NCBI GenBank assembly: GCA_964019335.1
Contig: OZ025755.1
Coordinates: 124,001 to 188,000 of the forward strand
Direction: 5' to 3'
DNA: 64,000 nucleotides
DNA from: Diplonema japonicum
Lineage: Eukaryota > Protista > Euglenozoa: Diplonemea
Position numbers and translations under genes: made by a program. The notes beneath the pieces were generated by a model. It saw nothing but the letters and a program-made list of their open reading frames with translations. It ran no database searches and was not told where the DNA came from. Position 1 is the stretch's first letter, and each line of letters begins with the position of its first letter. Shown here in pieces: positions 22,001 to 31,894 of this stretch.

Positions 22001-22572
22001 CGTATCTTGTCTTTTTCTCGTTGTCTTTTTGCTTCTTCTTCTTCTTGTTGGCGTCGTAGTTCTTCTACCGTCATCGGGTCGTCAAGGTTTTGTGTAAAAG
22101 GAGCAGGGGGAGGTCTTGGGCTGGGTTCTGGTGGTTGAGTAGAGCCGGATCGAGAACCTGCGCGGCCTAGTTCAGCTAGAACTTTATCGACGAGTCTGGT
22201 TTGGGATGTTTGTGGGGGTTCGATTTGAGGTTTCGAGCCGCGGACAGCGGCGTGCAGTGCTGTATTCCATCTCTCGCGTGTTTCCTTGTCTGGGCAAGAG
22301 AGCGCCAGCCTGCCTTTCCCCGTGATGTCGATTTTGATCCCCGTGTCGCCAACTGGGAGGACCCTTTCCATGTCTACGACTTTGATGTACTCCGCAGGCA
22401 TGATTGAGTTGTGTTGCTTGTAGCCCAGTAGTAGTGTCGGGGAGAGTATAGACCACAGGCTCGCACCCTCTGCCCTTCCGCTTAAGGACCATACAAGCGT
22501 AGCCTCTTCATTCACGAATGCCCAGCTCCCCGCGGCTTCCTGCAACCTCTTTTGCGCGGGGGTTTTGCTCAT
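18648..22572 (-). CDS. Protein with N- and C-terminal PH-like domains and a central E/R charged helix; exons 22572-19070, 19028-18847, 18796-18648 (1277 aa)
   Basis: Introns 19029-19069 and 18797-18846 restore a PH-like domain (GEVFRRH..RHLFLSHDCQWILW..LVLEAQNPKECEKWANIW). N-terminal LALSCPDKETRERWNTAL. Confidence 0.85.
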
Positions 22573-22879
22573 TATTATTATTTTTTTTTTGTTCTCCGCT
22601 TTTTTCCCCCCAACGAGGCCCTTCCAACTCTGTGTGTGTGTGTGTGTGTTTACCCGTAAGAAAGGAAAGGGGGGGGGACAAAAGAAAATAGAGGGCAATA
22701 TAAAAAAGGAGAAGAAAAGGCTTGGTATATCGCCTTTCTTTTTCCCCCCTCAAAAATACAAACCCCTCTTCTCCGAGGAAGCAAAAAAAAATCTTAAACA
22801 AACAAAAAAAAACAAAAAAAAAAAAAAAAAAAAGGAAGAGTGAATGGTGGGGGAGAGGTGTAAAGAGACGTTCCCCCCC

Positions 22880-22916
<37 letters not shown>

Positions 22917-22921
22917 GTCTC

Positions 22922-24037
22922 TTATAGTTTGGCTTTACCGCCGTCTTCGGTTTTCTTTTCGGGTTTGACAGCTTTGTTGCCTTCGGAGGACTTCAAGGCC
23001 TTTTTGTACACGGCCACGGTGGGGGGGGAAGGGGATGACCCGGACTGGTGATGGTGCAACGCAGTCAACTCCTCAGCACGACGCGCAGAGCGTTCCAACG
23101 TACGAAACGAAAGAGCGGGGATGGTGTGACAAACCTCGGTAAGGCTTTGAATCTCACCAAGATTGAGGTGCCGTGCATTGCGGCCCCACCACTGCGCGGT
23201 AGCATCAGGCGTCGGACCGGGAAACGTCAAAATACGCATTCTAGAACGCAAAGCCGCATCAACTCGATCCACCCTATTGGTGGCGGAGATGATTATCACA
23301 TTAGAAGAAGCACCCCTCTCCACACCATCTATGAACTCAAGGAGAACGGAGAGCTGTGAAGCCGTCTCTTCATGCATTCTACTGTCCCGTGTACCAGCAG
23401 CCCATGAATCAACCTCATCAAGAAACAAAATAGAAGGTTGCTTAGCGACGTTATCAAGCAAGCTCTTCAACTTTGTGGTTGACACGGAGTACAGTTCGGA
23501 TCTGAACTGGTCAGGAGACAGTCTGAACAGTGGACGGTTTGTGGTGTTTGCTAGGATTTCTGCTGTGAGGGTCTTGCCGCCGCCGGGGGGGCCTTCTAAA
23601 AGAAATGCTCTGCATGGTTGTGCGGGTCTTAGGGAAACCCTCGCTTCCGTTCTGATTTTTTTTAAAATATCTGAGAGGTTTTCCTCTGCCGCAAATAAAA
23701 GTTCGTGTTTCAGTTCATCCTTCACAGCGTCTTCTAGGATGAGATCGTTCCACGACACGGATTTGTCGCCGCCGACTACAGCAGGGAGTGCGCCTTTCTT
23801 CCGGGGGGTGGGGCCTTCGGTTGACGAGTTGGCTTCTCGAACCGATTTCCACACCGCGTCCACGCCGACCCCCGCGGCCTTCAGCAGTTTCGCCCCCTCG
23901 TCCCACTCCTTGTTCTGTAACGCTTTTTGTATTTTCGCACGGTCAGCACCGTCCGCCCTCATGGCCATCGTGTTGACCACATTGTCCCCTCCCATCTCAA
24001 CAGCACGCTGGATGGCATAATCCGTTACTTCAGTCAT
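22922..24037 (-). CDS. AAA+ ATPase (single classical AAA module)
   Basis: Walker A GPPGGGKT, Walker B ILFLDEVD, second region of homology ATNRVDRVDAALRSR. Confidence 0.92.
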   Translation of the reverse strand: MTEVTDYAIQRAVEMGGDNVVNTMAMRADGADRAKIQKALQNKEWDEGAKLLKAAGVGVDAVWKSVREANSSTEGPTPRKKGALPAVVGGDKSVSWNDLILEDAVKDELKHELLFAAEENLSDILKKIRTEARVSLRPAQPCRAFLLEGPPGGGKTLTAEILANTTNRPLFRLSPDQFRSELYSVSTTKLKSLLDNVAKQPSILFLDEVDSWAAGTRDSRMHEETASQLSVLLEFIDGVERGASSNVIIISATNRVDRVDAALRSRMRILTFPGPTPDATAQWWGRNARHLNLGEIQSLTEVCHTIPALSFRTLERSARRAEELTALHHHQSGSSPSPPTVAVYKKALKSSEGNKAVKPEKKTEDGGKAKL

Positions 24038-24474
24038 TTTTTTTTTTTTTTTTTTTCCCGCCGTACTTTTTTTTTTTTTGTGTTGGTGTGTGCTTTTTTA
24101 TTTTTCTATAAAAAAAAAAAAAAAAAAGGAAAAAAAAAAGAAGAAGGGGAAAAAAAAAAAGAATTTAAAATATATCCCCCCATTTTGAGTGTCAGATACG
24201 TGTTAGCCGACGATTTTGTACCAAAGGGGCGTTTTTTTTTTTTTTTTTCCCTTTTTTTTTCCCGTATATATAAAAAGAAAAGGGAGGGTGAAGGAAGAAG
24301 AGGAACTGGCATTTGTTTCGAACGTGCCATGTTATAAAAGGTAGGGAGGGGGGGGGGGGGGATGATATTTTATAAATTGAAGATATTTGTCTTTCCGGTG
24401 AACAAAAGGGTTTTATCCTGGAAGAAAAACTATGGCACACAGCTGGTAGGTGTGAAAGTAGCTTTAAGATGCGC

Positions 24475-24507
<33 letters not shown>

Positions 24508-24870
24508 GAGGGAGGCATTGACGTCTCAGGGAGGAATGAGCCAACTTTTTTTTTTGTGGACTCTGTGGTAAGTGCTTATGACAGCAACCTTTACCACAGT
24601 TGTGCCTAAGACGGCATGTTATCATTCAACCCAATTACGGAAAAAAAAGGGGGGGGAAAGAAAAACATAAAATAAGTTTTAAATCTCATTTTCTTTTTGA
24701 CAATTTGTGCGTCGAGAAAGCAGAGAGTGCATATTTCATGTTTCATTTTTTTTTTTTCAGAGGAAAAAATAAATAGAATAGAATATGTGTTCTCAACGAT
24801 AGTGGATAGTAGATGTAAAAAGGTTTGCTTTTTTTTCATGTGTCCTAGTTTCTTTATTTTTTTTTTTTGT

Positions 24871-27010
24871 CCAGCCCAAGAAAAAGAAATAACAGGGATA
24901 AAAAAACCAAACTGGGAGGGGGTTTTTTTCTCCCTCCCATGTTGTTTTCCTTATTTTTTTCCCCCAACCTTAATTTTCTTTTACTTGAGAAGGCAATGAG
25001 AGGACGACAAAGGGGAGGGGGGGGGGAGAATCAAATAGTAAAAAAAGGTTTAGAATTTGTTTTCATTTTTTTTTTCTTTTCCTTGTCTTGACATTGCATG
25101 TGTCGAGTAAACAGAGTGCAAATGTCGTGCTTCGGTTTTTTTTTTTTTTTATCAGTAGAAAAAAAAGAAAAAGAAGAAGGAAAAGGTGTCCCCACGATTC
25201 CGTCGACCGTATTCGGGGACCTCATTTCAGTAACCATACAAGAGACAAGAGTGCATAAAAGCATTCATAAAAGATTAGATAGCAAAGAGAGGTAACAACA
25301 GTATGTGGTTTTACGTATTAAGAGGTGCAGTTCAAAGACTGGCTTGTGTGTGTGTGTGTGTGTGGATGCCATCTCCCTCTCCTCAGCCGATCCTTGGGCC
25401 GTTCCAGTGGTTGGTCCCGGGGAACCTCTTCAAGTCCAGACACTGCGCGTACCACTTGTTCTGGTAGTAGCACCCAGCCGGAGGAGCACAGCACTTCGGT
25501 GACCGCACGCAGTTGTCCCACAGGGGAACCCTGCGGGGGCACCTGGGGGGCGGGGCTTGTGTGACGACAGGAGGTGTGGTGGCAGTTGGCTCTGGGGTGT
25601 TGGGGACAGTCGTATCGGGGGCAGGTGTGGCTGGTGCAGAGGTGTCTGGAACCGTGGTGTCAGGATGGGGGGTGGCTGGTGCAGAAGTATCGGGTGTAGA
25701 GGTGTCGGGGTGGGGGGTGGTGGGTGCAGCTGTGTCCGGAACCGAGGTGTCAGGATGAGGGGTGGCAGGGTGAGGGGTATCGGGAGCAGCGGTGTCTGGT
25801 GCAGGTGTGCGGGGTGCTTGGGTGGGAACAGGTGTCTCGGGGACAACGGGAGCAGGTGTGGCTGGTGCAGGTGTGCGGGGTGCAATAGTGTCAGGGTGGG
25901 GGGTGGCTGGTGCGGCTGTGTCAGGTGCAGTTGTTTTCGGAGCCAGGGTCGGCTCAGCTGTGGGCTCGGGTGTAGGGAGGGGTGTCGGTGCAGTTGGGGT
26001 CCTGCCACAGGTGTTGCTGATGGCGAAGGAGTCATGCTCGGTGGCGTGTCGCCCCACGAGGTACCGGCACCTCCCACCCTCACCGGATTCGGGAAGGTCG
26101 CACACAAAGACCCCAACCGTCTCCCTCCCCACCGACTGGGTGTACCTCTTCTGGATCCAGGACCTGCGGGCGGACGGGCCGTCCCTGTCGAGGGCTCGGT
26201 TCCAGCCCCCCAGACCGGAGACCACGAACATCGACTCCCCGCACGAGAGCTCCACCTTGTTGGGAAAGCTGTTCGGCGACACCCTCTTCGAGGAGAAGCT
26301 GCTGAGGAGCTTCGTCCTGCTGTACAGGTGGTTGTGCCCCGCCACGATGAAGGCCCCGTTCCTTCGACAGGCGTCGAAGGCCCGCGACAGCCCGTAAACC
26401 TTGGGGTAGCGGTGGCCTGCCTGGTAGGTCCCCTCGGGGCGGTGCCACATGCACACCCTCCAAGGCTCCGTGCTCCCAGCGAAAGACTTGTCGATGAAGT
26501 CCGCAGCAGGCTTCGTGGTCCTCGAGTTCTCGTACCAGTTCCGGGGCCAGCTCGGAGAGAACTCGTCCCACCCGATCATCACCATGTGGACCCCTCGAAA
26601 CCTGCACGACATCCACAACCCGTAGTCCGTCTTCAAGTTGTTGTTCCTCCCCGTGCACGCCTCCCGCAGCTCCTTCGTCATCTTGTTGTACAGCATGCTC
26701 TGGTAGCCGAAAGGCCCGCCCCACTTCTTCGTGTCGTGGTTCCCGCTCGTCATCAACACGTGCTCCTTCCCGTGGCCGAACCAGTGCGAGTTCAGGAAGC
26801 GCTCCCAGTTTCCAGGGTTGTTCGTGTAGTCGAAGTCCCCGTTTTGCATCACGAGGTCAACCCCGTCCTCCCGCATCAGCTTGTAGGCCAGCCCTGCACT
26901 TGACTTGTCGCTCGTGTCCCCGATGAAGCCTATTTTCAAGCAGCTGCAACCGGGCAGCAGCACCGACAGCAACGGGAGCAGAAGCACTGTGACTCGCATT
27001 CTCGAAAAAG
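24871..27010. repeat. ~2.1-kb segmental duplication, copy 1 (gene plus 3' flank)
   Basis: Matches 40303-42445; ORF-track entries repeat at offset 15434. Confidence 0.95.
25383..26999 (-). CDS. Secreted calcineurin-like metallophosphoesterase + Pro/Thr linker + CBM1-like domain, copy 1
   Basis: Signal peptide MRVTVLLLPLLSVLL; motifs IGFIGD, GDFDY, GNHD, WHRP and GHNH; APxTPHPDT repeats; LWDNC..CC....CYYQNKWYAQCL. Confidence 0.88.
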   Translation of the reverse strand: MRVTVLLLPLLSVLLPGCSCLKIGFIGDTSDKSSAGLAYKLMREDGVDLVMQNGDFDYTNNPGNWERFLNSHWFGHGKEHVLMTSGNHDTKKWGGPFGYQSMLYNKMTKELREACTGRNNNLKTDYGLWMSCRFRGVHMVMIGWDEFSPSWPRNWYENSRTTKPAADFIDKSFAGSTEPWRVCMWHRPEGTYQAGHRYPKVYGLSRAFDACRRNGAFIVAGHNHLYSRTKLLSSFSSKRVSPNSFPNKVELSCGESMFVVSGLGGWNRALDRDGPSARRSWIQKRYTQSVGRETVGVFVCDLPESGEGGRCRYLVGRHATEHDSFAISNTCGRTPTAPTPLPTPEPTAEPTLAPKTTAPDTAAPATPHPDTIAPRTPAPATPAPVVPETPVPTQAPRTPAPDTAAPDTPHPATPHPDTSVPDTAAPTTPHPDTSTPDTSAPATPHPDTTVPDTSAPATPAPDTTVPNTPEPTATTPPVVTQAPPPRCPRRVPLWDNCVRSPKCCAPPAGCYYQNKWYAQCLDLKRFPGTNHWNGPRIG

Positions 27011-27564
27011 AAAAAACAGTGGGTATATAACCTGTGGTCGTGCGGGTACAGTAGAGCAAAAGAAAGCAACAAAAAAAAAAATGAAATACACAAGAAAAAG
27101 GGAAGAGTTTTTTATTGTGGTACGTATATCGGTTATAGGCCGTCAACGCGCAACCCTCTGCATCAGCAGTCTGCCGTCAGGCCCGAAAGCCCTCCAGCCA
27201 CTACTCTTTCCGTCAATTCCTGTAAAGTACAAACCATTAGCACCCCCCACAGCATCTTTTTTTTTCTTTTCCTTTCTGGTTTATCCGATTAATGCTGCGG
27301 CCCGTCCCTCCCCTTTGTGTTCCATTCCTTTCAAGGGCCTTTCCTTGTCTTGTCTCACTCCGTGCTCTGACATTCCTCGCACTCCGTTTGGTTCGGGCTA
27401 CAGACCTTGCTTTGCTGTTCTTCTCTTTTTCAGTGAGAAGGGTTATGCTAATTTTCCATTAAATAAAAATAAATGAGAAAAGAGCTACTTTTTCTTCTTA
27501 TGGCCAGAAATTAAGTGAAGAAATACTTTAAACAGAGACACTTTGTGTCGTTTTTTTTTTTAAT

Positions 27565-27627
27565 ATATAACTCGAGCCGGGTTTTCAAGGGTGGGAGTGA
27601 AAACAAGATTTTACTTTATGGCACTCC
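27565..27627 (+). mobile_element. Solo or partial copy of the Crypton-like left end
   Basis: TATATAACTCGAGCCGGGTTTTCAAGGGTGGGAGTGAAAA..TTTTACTTTATG.CACTCC is repeated at 29486-29548. Confidence 0.75.
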
Positions 27628-27939
27628 TTTGGTATGCGTTCTTTTTCTTTCTATCGATTGTTATATGTATTTACAAAATATAGCGCGCATTCGACGGCAC
27701 TGGTCAAGCGACTGGCACCTTCCGAAGAAGGGCCTCCCACGTCCGCCGGGTTGAGCAGAGGATGCCCCGGGGCGGCCGTTCCAGTCTAATCATGTCGCAC
27801 TATAATATATTTCTCATCTTCTAGAAGAAAATGAGGTTCTTGCCCTTCTAGCTCGCCGGGACCAGCACTCGAAGGAGGGGAATAATGAAGCACAACGCAC
27901 ACCTGTTGACCTACATATACAAACTAATCTCATAATTCA

Positions 27940-28720
27940 TTAACGTCTACACCTTTCCCATCCTTCAGCGAGGTAAAAGGAACAGAAGGCTCTGCCTTGC
28001 GCTCCAAGATCTTTGCACGGATGAAGCAAGCTCACCCCATACTTCCTACCAGCATCGAGAGCGTGCCTTGGCGTGTACCCAATCTGTGTTTATTACTCAC
28101 CCATAACCCAGTGAACATACCTGCAGCTTCGGGTCTGGGATGACACCATCCTTGAACACAGCCTTGATCTGCTCTGTGCTCATATCCATTTTGAAGAAGG
28201 CCACCATGTCGTCAGTGAGACGGAAAGCGTACACCTCACAGGGTTCATGATTGTGTTGGTTGTTCTGCCAGTGCACTGAGAGCATCTCCCCGATGATCTG
28301 CGCCGCGGAATTCTGCAACAGCACTGCACTCCTTCCAATTTCTGACTTCTGCCTCCTTGACAGCTTCTCTTCCCAAATTAATACAAGTTGATAAGAATCC
28401 CCGGTGCGCCTTGCCACATAGACATCTGCCTTTGAGTTGATTTCCTCTCTAATCATCTCACCAGTGATTTCGAAGTTCTTTTCATCGTTGAAGCCACACA
28501 TAGTGGCTAGATTCATTACAAGTGGATCAAGCTTCTTCTTCCCCCTCAACGCCTTACTTGGGGTAGTTAGCTTTAAGGCTCTACGCAACCCTCCAAACAC
28601 CTTGCAACCTCCTTCTAATGGGTCAACAGAAGGCTTAATGTCGAGCTTCCAACGGCGTTCCGTAATCTCTTCTATTCCCGCCTATTTGGCATGTGGATTT
28701 TCACTCACAGGTTTTGGCAT
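27940..28720 (-). CDS. PD-(D/E)xK restriction-endonuclease-fold protein (Crinkler/RHS REase-like); predicted exons 28720-28709, 28681-28121, 28083-27940
   Basis: SKADVYV..QLVLIWEEK..AQIIGEML..EVYAFRL. A 37-nt intron GTATG..ACACAG at 28084-28120. The in-frame TAG at 28682 can be removed by a 27-nt GTGAGT..AATAG intron; otherwise this is a pseudogene. Confidence 0.6.
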
Positions 28721-28743
28721 GTTGAAAATTTTCGCCGTTAGTC

Positions 28744-29455
28744 CGGGTTCCGTCACCGTAGGCCTTCGGCCTACGACAACGAACCCTTGTATTTACCGCG
28801 GCCTACGGCTGCGGAGCCCGTTAGAAGAAGAAGTAATGCAGTGCTATTCATTATGAAAAACAAACTACTGACTTGTTGAGCGCTCTGAAAATCGCTTTTG
28901 TGAAAGGTACAAAAGCCGCGCAGTCTTGGCGAGCTTCGTCAAACTTATGGCGGTTATACTGCTCCGACGTTCAGAACCGAAGTATCCTGCTATTCTCGCT
29001 ACCTGGTTGACACAGGACTCGTTCCTCGGGTGCACGATGACAGGGAACCCTCAACCCCCACCTGAGAAGAACACACCCGCGGGTGTTGGTACTATCTCGG
29101 GACCAGCCCCGTCTTCTCCATCGTTGCACTGTCCATCATGTCCCTGCATAATGCATCGACTGCGAAATCAACTTCGCTTTCGATAGCGCGTCCGCTTTTG
29201 CCACGAGGTCCTCCAGATGTGGGCCTTGGCCCCATGTCTGGCGTAATCTGCATTTTGTACTAAGCCCCAATGAGGTATAAAAATGTCGGAGGTTACCGTG
29301 GACGGTGGAAAAAAAGTTAGTGGTTGCATAAGGGAAATTGTTGGTGGTTACAGTAAAAAGTGGGAAAAAGGTTGTAGGTTACCGTGGGTGGTGGAAAAAA
29401 AGTTGTAGGCTTAAGGCGACGGTGGAAAAAAGTTATTTGGTTACCGAACTGTACG
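28744..29455 (-). mobile_element. Putative second hairpin-ended non-autonomous element
   Basis: Hairpins CGTAGGCC-TTC-GGCCTACG and CCGCGGCC-TAC-GGCTGCGG at 28745-28820; three GGTGGAAAAA(A)AGTT and GGTTACCG repeats at 29280-29450. Confidence 0.4.
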
Positions 29456-29485
29456 TTGGTTTCCCCCCCTTTTTTTTTTATATAT

Positions 29486-30200
29486 ATATAACTCGAGCCG
29501 GGTTTTCAAGGGTGGGAGTGAAAATAAAATTTTACTTTATGTCACTCCCGGCTTTATTTTCACTCCCAGTTACCTTGAAATTAGGCCCAGGAGTGAAATA
29601 ATGTTCGAGCGTGAAATAATGTAACATTATTTCACTCCTGGGCCTAATTTCACCTATTCCACCTAGGTTTAGGGCAAGTTACAGCAAGATCAACGCCATC
29701 ACCCAACGAAACTTCGGTAAAAAAATGCAGAGCTTTCCCGGGGTTGCACTTCTTTTGAAGAAGGCCATGAGGCGAAAAAAAGCTTCGGTGTTAAGTCAGA
29801 AACAAATGAAAGAGTATCTGGCAGTGAAATTCAGCGACCCCTACAACGTGTGTCAGGCATATGCAGCTTGCATGTTTGCAAGCGGGGATGAGGACAAAAG
29901 AGTCGCACAAACTGAAATTTAGCAACGTTGTATCTCCCACACACTGTAACCCAAATCCCAACCCTGTAACCTCCCACCCTTTCAAACCCGACTCTTGTTA
30001 AATAAAACAACGTATTAGTGAAAATAAGAGCATTATTCCACTTGTGGCAGGTTTAACTCGTAGCTTTTTTACTTCACGAGCGCAGCGAGTGAAGTAAACG
30101 GGATATTAGTTCACGAGCGAAGCGAGTGAACTAATATCCCTACTCGTTAAACCCCCTGCCGCCACGCGTGAAATAATGCTATCTTATTTTCACTTAATAA
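29486..30200 (+). mobile_element. Internally deleted Crypton-like (tyrosine recombinase) element
   Basis: Palindromic left end including a perfect 30-bp inverted repeat (29576-29605 / 29623-29652). Frame 29671-29890 reads RASYSKINAITQRNFGKKMQSFPGVALLLKKAMRRKKASVLSQKQMKEYL..AYAACMFASG, resembling a YR core-binding/catalytic junction. Branched GCGAAGC hairpin right end at 30013-30199. Confidence 0.7.
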
Positions 30201-31019
30201 ATAGCTATTTTTAAATTCCACTTCCTTTTCGGCTTGCTGGCAATTTTGGCCTTAAAGCACTTGTAAGCACCCGGGTTTCCTCCCAAGTCGATGGGTTCTA
30301 GGTTTTCACAATGCGTCAAGAAATCAGAACCGATGGAAGAAACCTCGGTCATTCCTCGCAAGCCGACATTTTTCAGTAGTTTTTCGCAATGTGTCAGAAA
30401 CCCGTCGCCGATGGAAGAAACCTCGGTCAGGCTGCCCAAGTCATTCTCTTCTAGTTCATTGCACTCCGACAGGAAGTTATCGAGAATGGAAGAAACCTCG
30501 TTCGGGTGCTGAACTCGACAGACTCCAGCTTCTTGGATCCTTTAGAACCACTGAGGTAAGATTTTCCGTGTCTCTAAGAAACCCATCGTCAATGCTTGTG
30601 ATAACGCCGGTGGGGTCGGTGAACAACGACTGTTCGAATTTCAGAAGGAAGCTCCTGTGAGTGCACAGACAGTGTTCTGTTGGCTGGGATCATATCTGGC
30701 CGATCTTCTAATTCTATTTTTAACTCTTTTTGTACATTTTTGTCGGACAGGGTTTTCAGGCCCACTGTTTTAACACGTGACACCACTTTCACTTCACAGC
30801 CATCCACGAGCCCGATCTCCACGACGGTCTCCTCTCCCTGCATGTCCAGAACCTTTCCCTCCCAAAAAATCTCCCGTCTTCGAGTTCTGCAGTGTCCGCG
30901 GCATCATGATACAGCTGCATCACGGAGTCCTCCACCCCCGGTGCCAATTCGTGCAGAACTCCGTCTGGCGTTTTCATGAAGACTGCTATCTCGTCCAGGT
31001 CAGACATCTTTCTTTTCAT
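30194..31019 (-). pseudogene. Ubiquitin-like header + BspA-like leucine-rich-repeat pseudogene
   Basis: Ubl-like IAVFMKTPDG..DSVMQL..WEGKVL..IGLVDGCEVKV followed by LTEVSSIGDGFLTHCEKL-type repeats; at least three frameshifts not explained by GT-AG introns. Confidence 0.8.
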
Positions 31020-31465
31020 TCTCTTGAACTTTCTGTGATGCTACTAAAAATGGGTCGTGATAATAACGATAATAATAGGCTGATTCAAGAAGAATCAGAA
31101 GAAAAAAGATAGGTGTTTTGTTGGTTCAAGATCTCGTTTTTTTTTTTTTTTAATTCATAGTAATCAACAAGAGAATCGTGGGGGTTTTTTTTTCTTTTTT
31201 TTTTCTCCCCAAAATAACAAGAGGCATATTAGATGTTCCGTGTTAGGGGAACGTTCACTCTTCTGTTTTTTTTTTTTTGTTGACGTTCTTGTTCAATTCC
31301 ATGTTCACTCTCATTTCCTTTCTTTTCTTACCACCCCCTATAATTCTTCATGCTCTTACTTGCTGTTTTGCACCCTTTTTTTTTTTTTTTTTCCTCTTCC
31401 CCTCTCCCCTTTTTATTTTTTTTCAACACACATCAAAATCCATGTTGAATACAAGAAAATCAGGG

Positions 31466-31507
<42 letters not shown>

Positions 31508-31894
31508 CAACAACAAAGCAAAAAGCAAGGCGAAAAGAGGGAGTAAACAAGAAAAAAAGTTCTTTTTTTTTTTTTCCTGTTAAAAGTTGTATTCATCAAA
31601 GCTGTAGATAGCTAGATTAAAAATAAAATGTCCACGCTGAAGAAGGCGGGAAAGACTTTCACTGCCGGCTGTGCACAAGCAACAATCAACCGACTCTTTT
31701 TTTCTTTTACAGTATTTTCTTTCAACCTAAAACCTGCGCCTTTTTTTTTTTCTGCCAAGGAATATGAAAAAAAAAAATTAAAATAAAGTCGGTTTATTGG
31801 TGTGAATACCAGAATAATAATATAAAAAAAAAAAAAATCGAATCAGGCTTCACAAGTATCGCGCAGCAACAAAACTGCTGCAAGATCAAAAAAA

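Noticed and set aside
25430-26903. Overlapping 200-448-aa ORFs on both strands (also 40864-42337, 4897-5653, 17162-18373, 23163-24020, 50473-51342)
   Set aside because: Antisense or alternate-frame shadows of GC-rich real genes.
30440-30900. Non-canonical introns explaining the LRR gene frame changes
   Set aside because: The shifts look like small deletions with missing coding sequence, not insertions; every intron reconstructed in this window is GT-AG.
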